Origin: a virus
Length of the DNA stretch: 64,000 bases
Strand: one strand, 5' to 3'
Virus record (IMG/VR): IMGVR_UViG_3300035182_000466
Location: 32,001 to 96,000 of that record
Shown: one piece after another, positions 38,249 through 48,320 of the stretch
How the letters are laid out: each line of letters starts with the position of its first letter
How positions within the stretch are numbered: position 1 is the stretch's first letter
The notes under the pieces: model-generated
Databases searched by the model: none
Told to the model about the DNA's origin: nothing
What the model saw: the letters and a program-made list of their open reading frames with translations, nothing else
Program-made: the position numbers and the translations under genes

Positions 38249-39973
38249 ATGGCAAGAAAGCTAAGATTCAAAGGTGTAGCAACCGTAGGTAAGAACCTTA
38301 AAACTGCTACTGCGGCATTTCTTAAAGTCATTATCGGTAATAACAGAAAGATGATTGTATCATCTGACCGTTCCGTTTATGCTGTTAATGCAATGCCTTC
38401 AGTAAAGTTTTGGGATCCAAAAAAAGGTGTAAGTCATGCAGGAGTTTTAGCCAAAGACTTTAATTTAACATTAGCGTCTGATGGTAATCCTGGTGATACA
38501 TTAAAAGCCTATACGGTTGTATGCTCCGGTTGTAAAGAAGTTATTTTGACTGAGTCTAAACTGAAACATTGTATCCTTTGTGCTTCTGAAATTGAAGACT
38601 CTGAATATGAAGATGTTGAGTTAGACTTACCTCCTACTGAAGAAATTGAAGATGCTACTAATGGGGATTTCCTTGAAGATGATGATGATGATGAAGAAAT
38701 AGAAGACGAAGATGGTGATGATCTTGAAGATTCAGATGATGACGAAGAAATAGAAGACGAAGATGGTGATGATCTTGAAGATTCAGATGATGACGATGAT
38801 GCAGAAGTAGAAGAAGATGGGGATTTCCTTGAAGATGATGATGATGAAGAAGTAGAAGAAGATGGGGATTTCCTTGAAGATGATGACGAAGATGACATCG
38901 AAGTAGGCGATGAACTTGAAGATGATGACGACTCAGACGTTGAAAATACCGATGAAGATGACCTAGAATTAGGTGATGATCTTGAAGATTCAGATGATAA
39001 TGATGAAGAAGTAGAAGACGAAGATGGTGATGAACTTGAAGATGAAGATTGCGTTGATGATGCTGACTGTGAAGATCAAATCGGTGATGAGATTGATGAA
39101 GAAGAAGAGCAAGTTGATGAAGATGATGAGCAGGGCGACCTGTTTATTGAAGATGATGGCTCAATAAATATCGATCTTGTTGATGGTGCTGAGTTAGAAG
39201 ACACTGATGAAACAGACGTAGAGTATTCTGCTTCTATCAAAGGTGAAAAGCGCTGGATTGTAAATGTTAATGGACTACCTGTAGCTCATTTAACTGAGAC
39301 AGCATCCGGTACAAACAAAGACATCTTCCATACCGAGAAATTCGGTAAAGTAATTAGTCAAGTAGTTGCTTCCGAAGGTTTAAAAGGTCTGAAGAAACTT
39401 GGATTCCAGTCAATCATAATTGCAGCTCCTATTAAGAGTCTTATTAACACTGCAGTACAGACTGAGATTTCAAAGCATGAGACTGAGGTAAGTAAGCAAC
39501 TCAAGTCTTTAGTTTCTGATTTCCAAACAACCTTAGGAATGGCTTCGGTTGGTATTAATCGTGGCTTCTTCTCTGATGCGGTTAACCCATTAAAAGTAAG
39601 AATGTGGGAAGAACTATCATCTTTAGGTATTCCACAACCACACAGACTTATTGACAGAGTATTTAAAGAAACCGCAGAAGATTTCTGTAAGATTCTGATT
39701 GAAAAAGCTTCAGAGCTTTATGCAAAGCCTGTTGAAGTTCGTGCAGAGCTTTCAAAAGCTATTATAGGAAGTAATTTCATTTCTGCTTCAGAAGAAGAAG
39801 ATGAAGAAGAAGTTGAAACTGTAGATGATAATGGATTGGAAGAATCAATTGCAAATAGAATCGAAGCTTCTTCAATTCCATTTGGAACTCGTTCAATAGT
39901 TGAAGCTGCGTCCACAACCGTTAAGGAAGATGCATTTACATCCAAATTAAAGACTGCTTTCAGCAGCTTATAA
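38249..39973 (+). CDS. Putative prohead core/scaffold protein with a Zn ribbon and a long acidic tract
   Basis: Start reassigned to 38249 (AAGGAG). CSGC...CILC; ~170-aa D/E tract; lies just upstream of the head genes. Confidence 0.65.
   Translation: MARKLRFKGVATVGKNLKTATAAFLKVIIGNNRKMIVSSDRSVYAVNAMPSVKFWDPKKGVSHAGVLAKDFNLTLASDGNPGDTLKAYTVVCSGCKEVILTESKLKHCILCASEIEDSEYEDVELDLPPTEEIEDATNGDFLEDDDDDEEIEDEDGDDLEDSDDDEEIEDEDGDDLEDSDDDDDAEVEEDGDFLEDDDDEEVEEDGDFLEDDDEDDIEVGDELEDDDDSDVENTDEDDLELGDDLEDSDDNDEEVEDEDGDELEDEDCVDDADCEDQIGDEIDEEEEQVDEDDEQGDLFIEDDGSINIDLVDGAELEDTDETDVEYSASIKGEKRWIVNVNGLPVAHLTETASGTNKDIFHTEKFGKVISQVVASEGLKGLKKLGFQSIIIAAPIKSLINTAVQTEISKHETEVSKQLKSLVSDFQTTLGMASVGINRGFFSDAVNPLKVRMWEELSSLGIPQPHRLIDRVFKETAEDFCKILIEKASELYAKPVEVRAELSKAIIGSNFISASEEEDEEEVETVDDNGLEESIANRIEASSIPFGTRSIVEAASTTVKEDAFTSKLKTAFSSL
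38693..39050 (+). repeat. Acidic tandem repeats (51-bp and 45-bp units) in the scaffold gene
   Basis: EEIEDEDGDDLEDSDDD occurs as an exact 51-bp tandem pair (38693, 38744); EVEEDGDFLEDDD is repeated (38804, 38849); further degenerate copies follow. Confidence 0.85.
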
Positions 39974-40000
39974 TCTAATTCAAGAAAGGAATTTAAAACA

Positions 40001-40735
40001 ATGCTTAAACTTCAAAAAACCCGTATTATGAAATCCTTTCATCGTAACGTAGCTACTGGCTATGATATTAAGAATGAAGGGGTTGCACTCGTTTATGTAA
40101 ATGAGAATGGTGAAGGTAAAGTTAAACCTTCATCTGGAGCACCTAATGAGAAGTTTGCTGGTGTTTCTTTATCTCAAGTACAAGTTCCTACCCAACTTAC
40201 TGGTGTAGAAAACTTCCTAGTTGCTGGTACTACCACAATTAAATTAGCTCGTACTAATTTAGTAGCTGGTCAGATCACTGTTAAATCTGGTAATACTACT
40301 TTAGTACTTGCTGCCAATGCCGCTGCTGGTCAATTCGCTGTTAATACTTTAATTGGCGAAGTTACCATTGACTCTTCAAACGCTGGTACTGCTATTTCTC
40401 CAGTAGAAATTTCTGTTGTTTATAAGTATGTACCTTCTGTTCAAGAAGCAATCAATGCTCAAGGCTATGGCCCAGCAGGTGGCATCCATTCAGCTTCTTA
40501 CTATTCAGTAGTTGGTGTTATTACTGAAGGCGACGTCTCTACTGATCAATTCGATGTAACCGATGATTGGTCTGCAACTACTGGTCCTGTTTATCTTGGT
40601 CCTAATGGTTTATTTACTCTTAAAGCTGGTGGTACTGAGCTAAAGGGTTGTAACATTATTGGAGCTCCCTCTGCTCCTAATGGCTCCTTCTTTGGTGCTT
40701 TTATCACCCTTAACTTTGGTCCTTACAGCGGCTAA
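40001..40735 (+). CDS. Head structural / decoration protein
   Basis: Lies between the scaffold and major capsid genes; strong RBS and codon usage like highly expressed genes; beta-rich. Confidence 0.6.
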   Translation: MLKLQKTRIMKSFHRNVATGYDIKNEGVALVYVNENGEGKVKPSSGAPNEKFAGVSLSQVQVPTQLTGVENFLVAGTTTIKLARTNLVAGQITVKSGNTTLVLAANAAAGQFAVNTLIGEVTIDSSNAGTAISPVEISVVYKYVPSVQEAINAQGYGPAGGIHSASYYSVVGVITEGDVSTDQFDVTDDWSATTGPVYLGPNGLFTLKAGGTELKGCNIIGAPSAPNGSFFGAFITLNFGPYSG

Positions 40736-40793
40736 TCGCATAATAAACTAAACTACTACTTTAAAAATAAACAGGAAAAGGAGAATTAAACAA

Positions 40794-41894
40794 ATGTCTA
40801 AGGCAAAACACAATCCTTATGCTGGTGTAAAGTTTACACTCGCTTCTGGCGCTGAAATTACTGATCTTCGTCTCGGTAAATCCGCTGAGCCTGCATTAGC
40901 AAGTAATGGCGAAATTAATGCACATAGCCAAAAGGAACTTCTCTCTAAGATTTCCGAACTGGTTACTGCTTCTTCTAAAGGTGAGATTGTTCGCCAAGCT
41001 CCTGAGAAAGATCGTCGTCTTCATCGTGAAGTTTTAGCTGCTGCTTTTACTGATAAGTCTGGTTCTAAGTGGAATCAGTTAGGTGTTGCACTAGCTGCCA
41101 AGATTGAAGAAGCTGCTTACCGTGAAGGTTTCATGCGTAACCTGATGATTGAAGAGCAACTTAATCAAGGTGAAATCCCACGTTGTCGTATGCGTGTAAA
41201 TAACGTAGTTGCTATGATTGCAACTTCTGTTGCTGATGTTGTACCTCAGCTTGTTCGTGAGCGTATTTTTTATCCACCTGAGTTTTATATCAATGCAAAC
41301 GTAGAAGTTGAAAACCGTGACATTGATCAAATCTCTTCTGACATTCTGGATGAAAAGTACACCGAAGGTTTACAGAACATCATGGTTCAAGAAGACCTGG
41401 TTTGGAAGCGTCTTGCAGATGGTACTGTTGGTTCCGCTAACAACATTACTTATATTGCTGGTCAGCTCACTCCTACAACTTTGAGCACCTTACGTAACAA
41501 CGTAGCTCATTGGAAAATTCCTGCAACTACTTGTTTATTAGCTCAAGATTACTGGAATGACATCGTTGGAAACAGCGAATTCCAATCAATGCTTGATCCT
41601 GTCAGCAAGTATGACCTGGTTCTGAATGGTGAACTCGGTATTATCTTAGGCCTCCGTGTTGTTACAGATGGCTACCGTGCACCTGAGCTTCAGGTTCTTA
41701 ATCCAGGTGAGATTTATGTTGTTGGTGCAGCAGCTAACCATGGTCAGTATACAACCCGTGGTGGTGTAGAGTCAACCCCAATTGATGGTGCATTACAAAG
41801 CCGTAACAGCAAAGGTTGGTTCCTTGCAGAGAACATCAGCTCCATTATCACCAATGCTCGTTCCGTAGCAAAAGGTATGAAAATTGGTATGTAA
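40794..41894 (+). CDS. Major capsid protein
   Basis: Size, position, strong RBS, biased codons (cgt, ggt, aac) and a following terminator; HK97-like features (G.LG.I.G..V.TD, L..GEIYV). Confidence 0.85.
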   Translation: MSKAKHNPYAGVKFTLASGAEITDLRLGKSAEPALASNGEINAHSQKELLSKISELVTASSKGEIVRQAPEKDRRLHREVLAAAFTDKSGSKWNQLGVALAAKIEEAAYREGFMRNLMIEEQLNQGEIPRCRMRVNNVVAMIATSVADVVPQLVRERIFYPPEFYINANVEVENRDIDQISSDILDEKYTEGLQNIMVQEDLVWKRLADGTVGSANNITYIAGQLTPTTLSTLRNNVAHWKIPATTCLLAQDYWNDIVGNSEFQSMLDPVSKYDLVLNGELGIILGLRVVTDGYRAPELQVLNPGEIYVVGAAANHGQYTTRGGVESTPIDGALQSRNSKGWFLAENISSIITNARSVAKGMKIGM

Positions 41895-41927
41895 CAAATA
41901 GTAGGAACAAAACAAGGATGTATAGAG

Positions 41928-41961
41928 AAAGGGGAGAGGACATTATTCTCTCCCCTTTTTT
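41928..41961 (+). terminator. Rho-independent terminator after the major capsid gene
   Basis: AAAGGGGAGAGGA / TTCTCTCCCCTTT followed by a U-run. Confidence 0.85.
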
Positions 41962-42020
41962 AATGGCAAAATTATATGTAATTTATAATAACAAATATAT
42001 ATAAGATGAGGTGAAGAAGC

Positions 42021-42731
42021 ATGTATACTTTAGCTGGGGATCTTATTATTTTAGCTACTTCTGCTGCAAACTCCGGTGATTTAAAATCAGCGGCAAGATT
42101 ATTTCTTCAGGCTTGTGTTACATCTGATTTACCTGTGTTAATAAATAAGATTTCTAGTAACAAAGATGTAACAGCTTCTGATACTATAAGTTCTTATAAT
42201 TTTATCAATAAAAAGATAAATAAACGGTTCATCGTTGCCTTAACGGAAGAACTGGATAATACAACCCTTTTTAGTAAAAAAGAAATTATGGATGCAGTAA
42301 GAGCCATAAAATCTTCTGACACTTCTTCTAATAAAGATAAGTATTCTTTTGAAATAGTAGATAAAGAAGTTTGTCCTGAAGGATGTGATGAAACCTGTGA
42401 TTGTAATGAGGATGAGACTCAAGATGAATTTGATTTAGATGGTGCTGTTATAGAAGACGATGATATAGAGATATTAGCTTCTTCATCTACTTCTCTAGAA
42501 GAAGATATTAAAACTGCCTTAATCTCTTTAAAACTAAGATCAGATGATTGGGATGTTAAGAAGTTTATACCAATATTAATGACCATATTTCCGGATCTAG
42601 TTATAAAAGGATCATCTAATAGAGAGATAAGAAATATAGTCAATAATATTATAAACAGGTTAAAGACATTAGATAAAAACAAATTAAATGAATTACACAA
42701 TGCAGTAAAGCCGTTATTAACTCAGGAGTAA
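42021..42731 (+). CDS. Hypothetical head-associated protein
   Basis: RBS GAGGTG; directly after the capsid gene; acidic/Cys central patch. Confidence 0.55.
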   Translation: MYTLAGDLIILATSAANSGDLKSAARLFLQACVTSDLPVLINKISSNKDVTASDTISSYNFINKKINKRFIVALTEELDNTTLFSKKEIMDAVRAIKSSDTSSNKDKYSFEIVDKEVCPEGCDETCDCNEDETQDEFDLDGAVIEDDDIEILASSSTSLEEDIKTALISLKLRSDDWDVKKFIPILMTIFPDLVIKGSSNREIRNIVNNIINRLKTLDKNKLNELHNAVKPLLTQE

Positions 42732-42733
42732 AT

Positions 42734-43522
42734 ATGTCAACCACTCCAGATTTTTCGGATATCTCCTTTGTTTTTGATACAGATGTTTCTAAATTTAGTG
42801 CAGGTTCTATAAATGCTATCTATGAAACTACACTATTAAGTTTAACCTTGCATGGATTAAGAGCTTCATTTAACAGGATATTACAGTGTCCTAGTCCTAT
42901 AGATTTTTCTTTTACAGACAGACTTAAAGAATTACAAGAAAAAAGAGAGTCTAATAACTTAAAGTATCCATATGCCTACATAGTATTAAACGATTTAGAT
43001 CTTTTAAAAGATCAGGCTAATACTACGGCAATGTCACATCGTGGATTAGCAGGAAGAAAAGCCTTCATAGGAGATTCAGTAGATGTAACATATGCATTTC
43101 CAATGAAGTTAAATATAACTTTGAATGTATTAGATTCAGATGTTGTAAGACTGTTAAGCTACGCACAATCCTTAATTTTGGCAGACGTAGCTAGAGCTTT
43201 TAATTTCAAAATAAATGCTTTTGATACACAAAGTATTTGTAAAGTTCAGAGATCTGGTAATATCTCTTTTCCAGAGAATCTTATATCTACTGATAACGAG
43301 CAAGACTACAACAGTGGTAAGGTATCTTTATCATTTGAAGTTCAAGGATGGATTGGATTTACTTGTTTAGTGCCTGGAGTTAAAACTATTAATTTAAGGT
43401 TCTATCAACAAGAAGTAAATTCAGATAAACGTACATTAGAACAAGCTTATATCTTAGAGTTGAAAGAGGAAGACGATGGCAAAGTCAATCTCTACAAATT
43501 TCTCCCTGCGGATAAACAATAA
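42734..43522 (+). CDS. Putative tail completion / sheath terminator protein
   Basis: Position before the sheath gene; YP...I, P..LN..L and F.VQGW pattern like gp15-type tail terminators. Confidence 0.5.
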   Translation: MSTTPDFSDISFVFDTDVSKFSAGSINAIYETTLLSLTLHGLRASFNRILQCPSPIDFSFTDRLKELQEKRESNNLKYPYAYIVLNDLDLLKDQANTTAMSHRGLAGRKAFIGDSVDVTYAFPMKLNITLNVLDSDVVRLLSYAQSLILADVARAFNFKINAFDTQSICKVQRSGNISFPENLISTDNEQDYNSGKVSLSFEVQGWIGFTCLVPGVKTINLRFYQQEVNSDKRTLEQAYILELKEEDDGKVNLYKFLPADKQ

Positions 43523-44039
43523 GAATCAACCTAAGGTAATTGCAGATTCTAAAATATCCAGCGGATTGACTGAAGAATATTTTTATACAACAACTTATAA
43601 AGTTGATTCTATAGGTATATACTTAGGTGAAATAAAAGACTTTTTAGCGATTCAACCAAAATCTCCTATACTTATTGATTTTCAACGAGTAGACATGATA
43701 GAGCCTACACAAATATACTGTTCTAAACTTTTCATTAATCATGGAGAAATGGGAAAAGTTTGGTTACGAGTAGTAGGTGAACCAGTTATTACAACTGTTT
43801 GGTTTAGTACAAATAATTTGAATCTTGCTGGAAAGTTCTACATAAAAGTTAAGACAAAAGACTTGAGAATAAGAGAAAAGCAGTTAGAATTAAAGAATCT
43901 AGATGGTATAGACTTCAGTCTTCCTGTTAAACAATCTGTAAGATTTAAAGGAATCCGAAAGAAGAAGATACCATCAGATGGAATACCTGTGATAACTCAT
44001 TTTGGAGAAAATAAACTTTTAGTTGTAAATTCTAAGTAA
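43476..44039 (+). CDS. Hypothetical virion protein
   Basis: ORF with a GAGG RBS in the neck/tail region; overlaps the upstream gene by 47 nt. Confidence 0.5.
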   Translation: MAKSISTNFSLRINNKNQPKVIADSKISSGLTEEYFYTTTYKVDSIGIYLGEIKDFLAIQPKSPILIDFQRVDMIEPTQIYCSKLFINHGEMGKVWLRVVGEPVITTVWFSTNNLNLAGKFYIKVKTKDLRIREKQLELKNLDGIDFSLPVKQSVRFKGIRKKKIPSDGIPVITHFGENKLLVVNSK

Positions 44040-44051
44040 AAGGAGAGCAAT

Positions 44052-44378
44052 ATGTCTCAATTGGTTGAAGTTATTAATGTAGGTACAATGCCTGCAAGTA
44101 TTGAGTTTATAAACTCCAATGGAGATCATGACTCAGCAACTTTAGCAGCAAAGACTAGACATATTATTGATGAAGAGTGTATAACAACTTCAAAAGAGAA
44201 TTTAACTAAGAGGTCTATTAAGGTTAGACCTATATCTTCATCTACACCAGTAGTAGAAACTTCAGTAGCAATTGAAGCTAAAACTAATAATCAACCTAGT
44301 GTAGTTAAGCCAACTTCAGGTACTAATAATTCAAAGTCAATGCAACCTGTAGGTATTGTAGATGGGAAAGATAAATAA
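44052..44378 (+). CDS. Hypothetical protein upstream of the sheath gene
   Basis: Strong RBS AAGGAG; low-complexity C-terminus. Confidence 0.55.
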   Translation: MSQLVEVINVGTMPASIEFINSNGDHDSATLAAKTRHIIDEECITTSKENLTKRSIKVRPISSSTPVVETSVAIEAKTNNQPSVVKPTSGTNNSKSMQPVGIVDGKDK

Positions 44379-44432
44379 ACAATAAGATAGCAACAAAATA
44401 GATGACTCATATTACGTGAAAGGAGATAGTTC

Positions 44433-46187
44433 ATGGCGACTATTGTAACTCATTCCTCTGCTGGTGTATATACTTCTGAAAAAGATAATTCTCAGGGTAT
44501 AGTACAAACAGCACAAGTAAGTATTGGAGCTATTGTATTTTTTAGTGAAATAGGACCAGTAGATCAGATTATAGAAATAACTGGAGGTCAAGCAGAATTC
44601 CTAAGTAAATTTGGTTCACCTAAGTATGAAGTGTCTTTAGGTCATTATGCAGCATTACAAGCTCTGACTAAGATGCCTAAACTATTGTGTACCAGAGTAC
44701 ATAATAGAGCTAAATTCGGAGGTTTAGTTGTAACGTTAGATAACTCCGGTTTAGTATCAATGCGCCAATTTACTACTGCTAAAGATGTACATCCAGAAGA
44801 TCCTAATATGTTCTTCATGGAGCTTGGTGATGCAGACTACAATGACGTTAATGACTTATTTTATATTTACGGAGCAGATCCAAACAAGTATAATGGAGAT
44901 TACCGTATAGTAATTACGGATGTTAGAGATGAAGACGACAAGTCTTTACCTAATACATTTAAGATACAGGTATTTGTAAAGGGATCAAATAGTGTTATTC
45001 CTGTGGAGTCTTTTGTTGTAAGTAGAAGTCATCAAACTGATGGTTATGGACGTCAACAATTTTTATCAGATGTAATTAATGGTAGATCAAGATTTATTCG
45101 TGTTTATAATAATGATCTTAACACTACTAAAATTAGTACTTCTATAATGCCTACCATGACGTTAAACTACTTAGGTACAACTCCTAGTGCAGTTCCTAAT
45201 GCATACTTATCAAATGGAGATTCAGGTTTAGATAATATTCCACTTAATGGACTATCGGCAATTATTATGGGAAGAGATGCACTTCCTAGTAATATGTCAA
45301 ATCCTTATACACCATATAAAAACAGTGGTTGGCAGCTTTACTATGAACGTGAAGAGGTTAAATTCCAATTGCTGATAAATGGTGGTTATACTAATCCACA
45401 GATTCAATTAAAGATGTTAGATCTTTGTGAAACTCGTGGTGACTGTATGGCAATTCTTGATATACCATTTGATAAGCAAGGATCAAAGTATGATCGTACT
45501 ACTGATCCTGTTGATTATCGTAATAATCCTTACGGTGGATTAGATGCAGATTCATCTTATGGTGCATTATATTCACCATGGTATTATGTTAATGACGAAT
45601 TTAGTGGTAAGCAGATTTGGTTACCACCTTCTGGATTTATTGCAGCTATTTATGCTGAGACAGATATCAATTACGCAACATGGTTCTCACCTGCAGGTTT
45701 AAATAGAGGTATGCTTCATAATGTAATTGACGTTGGTGCTAAGTATAAACAAGAGGATAGAGATCTATTAGTAACAAATCAAATTTGTCCTACTAGAGTA
45801 TTTAAAGACATTGGTATTGCGGTATGGGGAGATGTTACTCTTCAAAAGAAAGACTCTGCAACGTCTAACATAAACGTTAGACGTTTATTGAACCTCATAA
45901 AATTGGATGTAGAATTTAATTTACAATATTCAGTATTTGATCCAAATGACGAGATTTTAAGATCTGAGATTCGTCAAAGAGTAAATAACATTCTTGAACC
46001 TATTAGACTGGGACGTGGTTTATATACCTACTCTGTAGTATGTGATGGTACAAATAATTCCGTTGACGATTTAGCTAATGGTATACTGAATGTTGATGTG
46101 TATCTTGAGCCTGTAATTCCGGCTAAGAGAATAATGGTTCAGTTGATTATTAATCGTACTTCTGTAAAGATTGAAGTTCAATCCTAA
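44433..46187 (+). CDS. Contractile tail sheath protein
   Basis: AGVY..E.D.S, GPVD, FG.P, R.DC.AILD, PPSG, WFSPAGLNRG, INVRRLL, F(D/E)PND motifs of gp18-type sheaths. Confidence 0.95.
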   Translation: MATIVTHSSAGVYTSEKDNSQGIVQTAQVSIGAIVFFSEIGPVDQIIEITGGQAEFLSKFGSPKYEVSLGHYAALQALTKMPKLLCTRVHNRAKFGGLVVTLDNSGLVSMRQFTTAKDVHPEDPNMFFMELGDADYNDVNDLFYIYGADPNKYNGDYRIVITDVRDEDDKSLPNTFKIQVFVKGSNSVIPVESFVVSRSHQTDGYGRQQFLSDVINGRSRFIRVYNNDLNTTKISTSIMPTMTLNYLGTTPSAVPNAYLSNGDSGLDNIPLNGLSAIIMGRDALPSNMSNPYTPYKNSGWQLYYEREEVKFQLLINGGYTNPQIQLKMLDLCETRGDCMAILDIPFDKQGSKYDRTTDPVDYRNNPYGGLDADSSYGALYSPWYYVNDEFSGKQIWLPPSGFIAAIYAETDINYATWFSPAGLNRGMLHNVIDVGAKYKQEDRDLLVTNQICPTRVFKDIGIAVWGDVTLQKKDSATSNINVRRLLNLIKLDVEFNLQYSVFDPNDEILRSEIRQRVNNILEPIRLGRGLYTYSVVCDGTNNSVDDLANGILNVDVYLEPVIPAKRIMVQLIINRTSVKIEVQS

Positions 46188-46218
46188 TACTTATATACAG
46201 ATTCGGAGGTTTTCTATT

Positions 46219-46779
46219 ATGGCAAGCACTATATCAAGAACTAGAATTGGAGACGTATTGGCTATAAATGACCCTCTTTATGGGGACAATTTTGAGTTAT
46301 GGATACCTACATTACCTACTGGTGTTTCTGGTACTCCTGGTAACGCAAAAAATGCTTTACGTATCCAGTGTAAATCAGTTTCAATGCCTGGAGTTCAAAA
46401 CGAAGCACAAGATCTTACCTTACATGGTTATAAAGTATCAGTAGTTGGAAGAACAGTATTTCAAAATACTTTATCCATAACCTATGTAGAGACTAGACAG
46501 CTTGAGATTTATCAAACTTTAAAACAATGGGTTAAAGCCTGTAGGGATTGGCAAACACAAATAAGCAAAGGTAAACAAGCCTATTCAACTGTTGGAAACT
46601 TGGCTCTATTTGATGAGCAAGGTCAAGTAATAACTGGAAGTGCTTGGACTATAGGTAACATGTGGTGTGAACAAGTTCAAGACATAAACCTTGATGGTTC
46701 ATCTGCTTCAATTGTTGAAGTTTCCGCTTCGTTTAGATATGATTGGTTTGACCAAGTTGAAACACCTGCAAAATCATAA
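46219..46779 (+). CDS. Tail tube protein
   Basis: Start reassigned to 46219 (GGAGG). Follows the sheath; C.S.S.PG...GRT......TY.E...W...F.YD.F gp19-like pattern. Confidence 0.85.
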   Translation: MASTISRTRIGDVLAINDPLYGDNFELWIPTLPTGVSGTPGNAKNALRIQCKSVSMPGVQNEAQDLTLHGYKVSVVGRTVFQNTLSITYVETRQLEIYQTLKQWVKACRDWQTQISKGKQAYSTVGNLALFDEQGQVITGSAWTIGNMWCEQVQDINLDGSSASIVEVSASFRYDWFDQVETPAKS

Positions 46780-46789
46780 GTAATTCCTG

Positions 46790-46818
46790 AACAGGGGTAT
46801 CTTATGGTACCCCTGTTT
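46790..46818 (+). terminator. Terminator after the tail tube gene
   Basis: AACAGGGGTATC / GGTACCCCTGTT stem with a short U tail. Confidence 0.7.
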
Positions 46819-46832
46819 AATTAGGTGATGAT

Positions 46833-47399
46833 ATGTCTAAAAAACCTACTATATCTACAGTAATAGCACTAGCTAATACTGGGCCTTTAATGAGTCATAA
46901 TTGGTCAATTGAAAGTGTAACGTTACAAGATTCAACTAATGCTAATAGTTTTAACAGCTTTTTCCCTTCCAGGTTCTTTCAAAATTATGTAGAGTCGATA
47001 GAACTTCCCTTCAGACAATTCAACGCTGATGATCGTCACCTCGCTACGACCAAACAATTCTACGCAGGGTTTAATACTGTAAATAATTTTACGGTAACAT
47101 TTTTTGAAGATTCAAATGCATCTACAATTAAAGGATTCTCTAAATGGCAGGATTTAATAATGGATTCAGATCCAAGTAAACCTGAAACCTTTGGAAACTA
47201 TTATCCTGCATCTAACTATAAAGCTAAAGTTATAGTTAATCTTTTAAGTGATACCATTCAAGGTAAAATTATTAGAACCGCAAGTTTACTTGGTGTATTT
47301 CCATTGATTATTAATCCTTTAAACATGACAAGTGTAGTAGACATAGTTACAGTTCAAGTAACATTTAGCGTAGATAAAGTAAATTGGTCAAACATCTAA
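46833..47399 (+). CDS. Tube-fold baseplate/tube initiator protein (gp54-like)
   Basis: ESIELP, F.VTFFED, F.KWQD, YY...Y, L.GVFP, V.VTFS.D pattern. Confidence 0.7.
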   Translation: MSKKPTISTVIALANTGPLMSHNWSIESVTLQDSTNANSFNSFFPSRFFQNYVESIELPFRQFNADDRHLATTKQFYAGFNTVNNFTVTFFEDSNASTIKGFSKWQDLIMDSDPSKPETFGNYYPASNYKAKVIVNLLSDTIQGKIIRTASLLGVFPLIINPLNMTSVVDIVTVQVTFSVDKVNWSNI

Positions 47400-47423
47400 A
47401 GAAAAACTAACTAGGAGACACTG

Positions 47424-48320
47424 ATGAACAACAGCAATGGACAAATTATGCCACCGAAGAGGAAAGCTATTCTAAAACCTGTATCATCACAACTACAAGA
47501 ACCTGTATCTAAAACTCAAGATCAAGCTCATTCTGAGAAACAAAGATTTCAGAATGATGGTCGTTATGTCTTATTACAAGAACTTCCTTCACAGTATCAT
47601 CCACGATTTGGGTACGACTTTGAAGAACTATGGATCAGACAATTAACTACTAATGAAGCTCGCTTGATACATATGGCTAAAGTTAGTAATAACATTACTT
47701 ATTTGATTAGTGCAGTTGGAGCATGTTTAAGTCAACCAATAAACAAGTTAATTGTGGAAGACTTTGAGTTCTGTCTTTATTGGTTACGTTTAAATAGTTA
47801 CCCTGCAAGACCTTTTCATGTTACTTGGACTTGTGATAATGAACTTGAAGATCTAGATGAAAATGGTAACAAGAAGATTTGCGGTCATAAAGATCAATTA
47901 TCACAAATAAAGAAATCCGATATAACTATTAACCATATACCAGATGATTTTAAAATGTTACCAGAGGTTGCATTTCCTACAATGCGATTCTTTGAAGAGC
48001 TGGATTCTCTTAGACGAAGGATCGAGTCATTTAAAAACTCCGATCTTACAGATGAGGATGAAGAAAAAGAATATACCTCTTTAATGGGAGATCTTTATTT
48101 AGCAGATATAGCTCAATGGATTAAAGCTGGAGATTCATTAGCTGAAAAATTGATGATTTTAAATGAGCAACCTAATCTTGTGCTTCAAGAAAAAATTGAG
48201 GGGTTTGTAGAGAAACTTCCTCAATTTGGGGTATCTGAATGGATATCTTTAAAATGTCAAGCTTGCGGAGGTATAATGAGAAGGAAACTGACATTGAATT
48301 ATCTTTCCTTCTTTCCCTAG
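47424..48320 (+). CDS. Baseplate hub assembly / tail chaperone (gp26-like) with a Zn ribbon
   Basis: LPS, D.EF.L..LR..SY, C...CGH, C..CG and terminal LSFFP as in gp26-type proteins. Confidence 0.7.
   Translation: MNNSNGQIMPPKRKAILKPVSSQLQEPVSKTQDQAHSEKQRFQNDGRYVLLQELPSQYHPRFGYDFEELWIRQLTTNEARLIHMAKVSNNITYLISAVGACLSQPINKLIVEDFEFCLYWLRLNSYPARPFHVTWTCDNELEDLDENGNKKICGHKDQLSQIKKSDITINHIPDDFKMLPEVAFPTMRFFEELDSLRRRIESFKNSDLTDEDEEKEYTSLMGDLYLADIAQWIKAGDSLAEKLMILNEQPNLVLQEKIEGFVEKLPQFGVSEWISLKCQACGGIMRRKLTLNYLSFFP

Noticed and set aside
38693-39050. Regularly spaced repeats resembling a CRISPR array
   Set aside because: These are in-frame coding repeats without unique spacers. The same holds for 633-826 and 49788-49859.
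41816-42004. Overlapping ORF at the end of the capsid gene as a frameshift extension
   Set aside because: There is no slippery or CCC-stop site, and the ORF runs through the terminator hairpin.
14172-46218. ORF-track starts at 14172, 22708, 35419, 38132 and 46171
   Set aside because: Downstream in-frame ATGs (14220, 22738, 35434, 38249, 46219) have clear Shine-Dalgarno sites. Most of the longer starts also run through hairpins, promoter-like DNA or the upstream gene.
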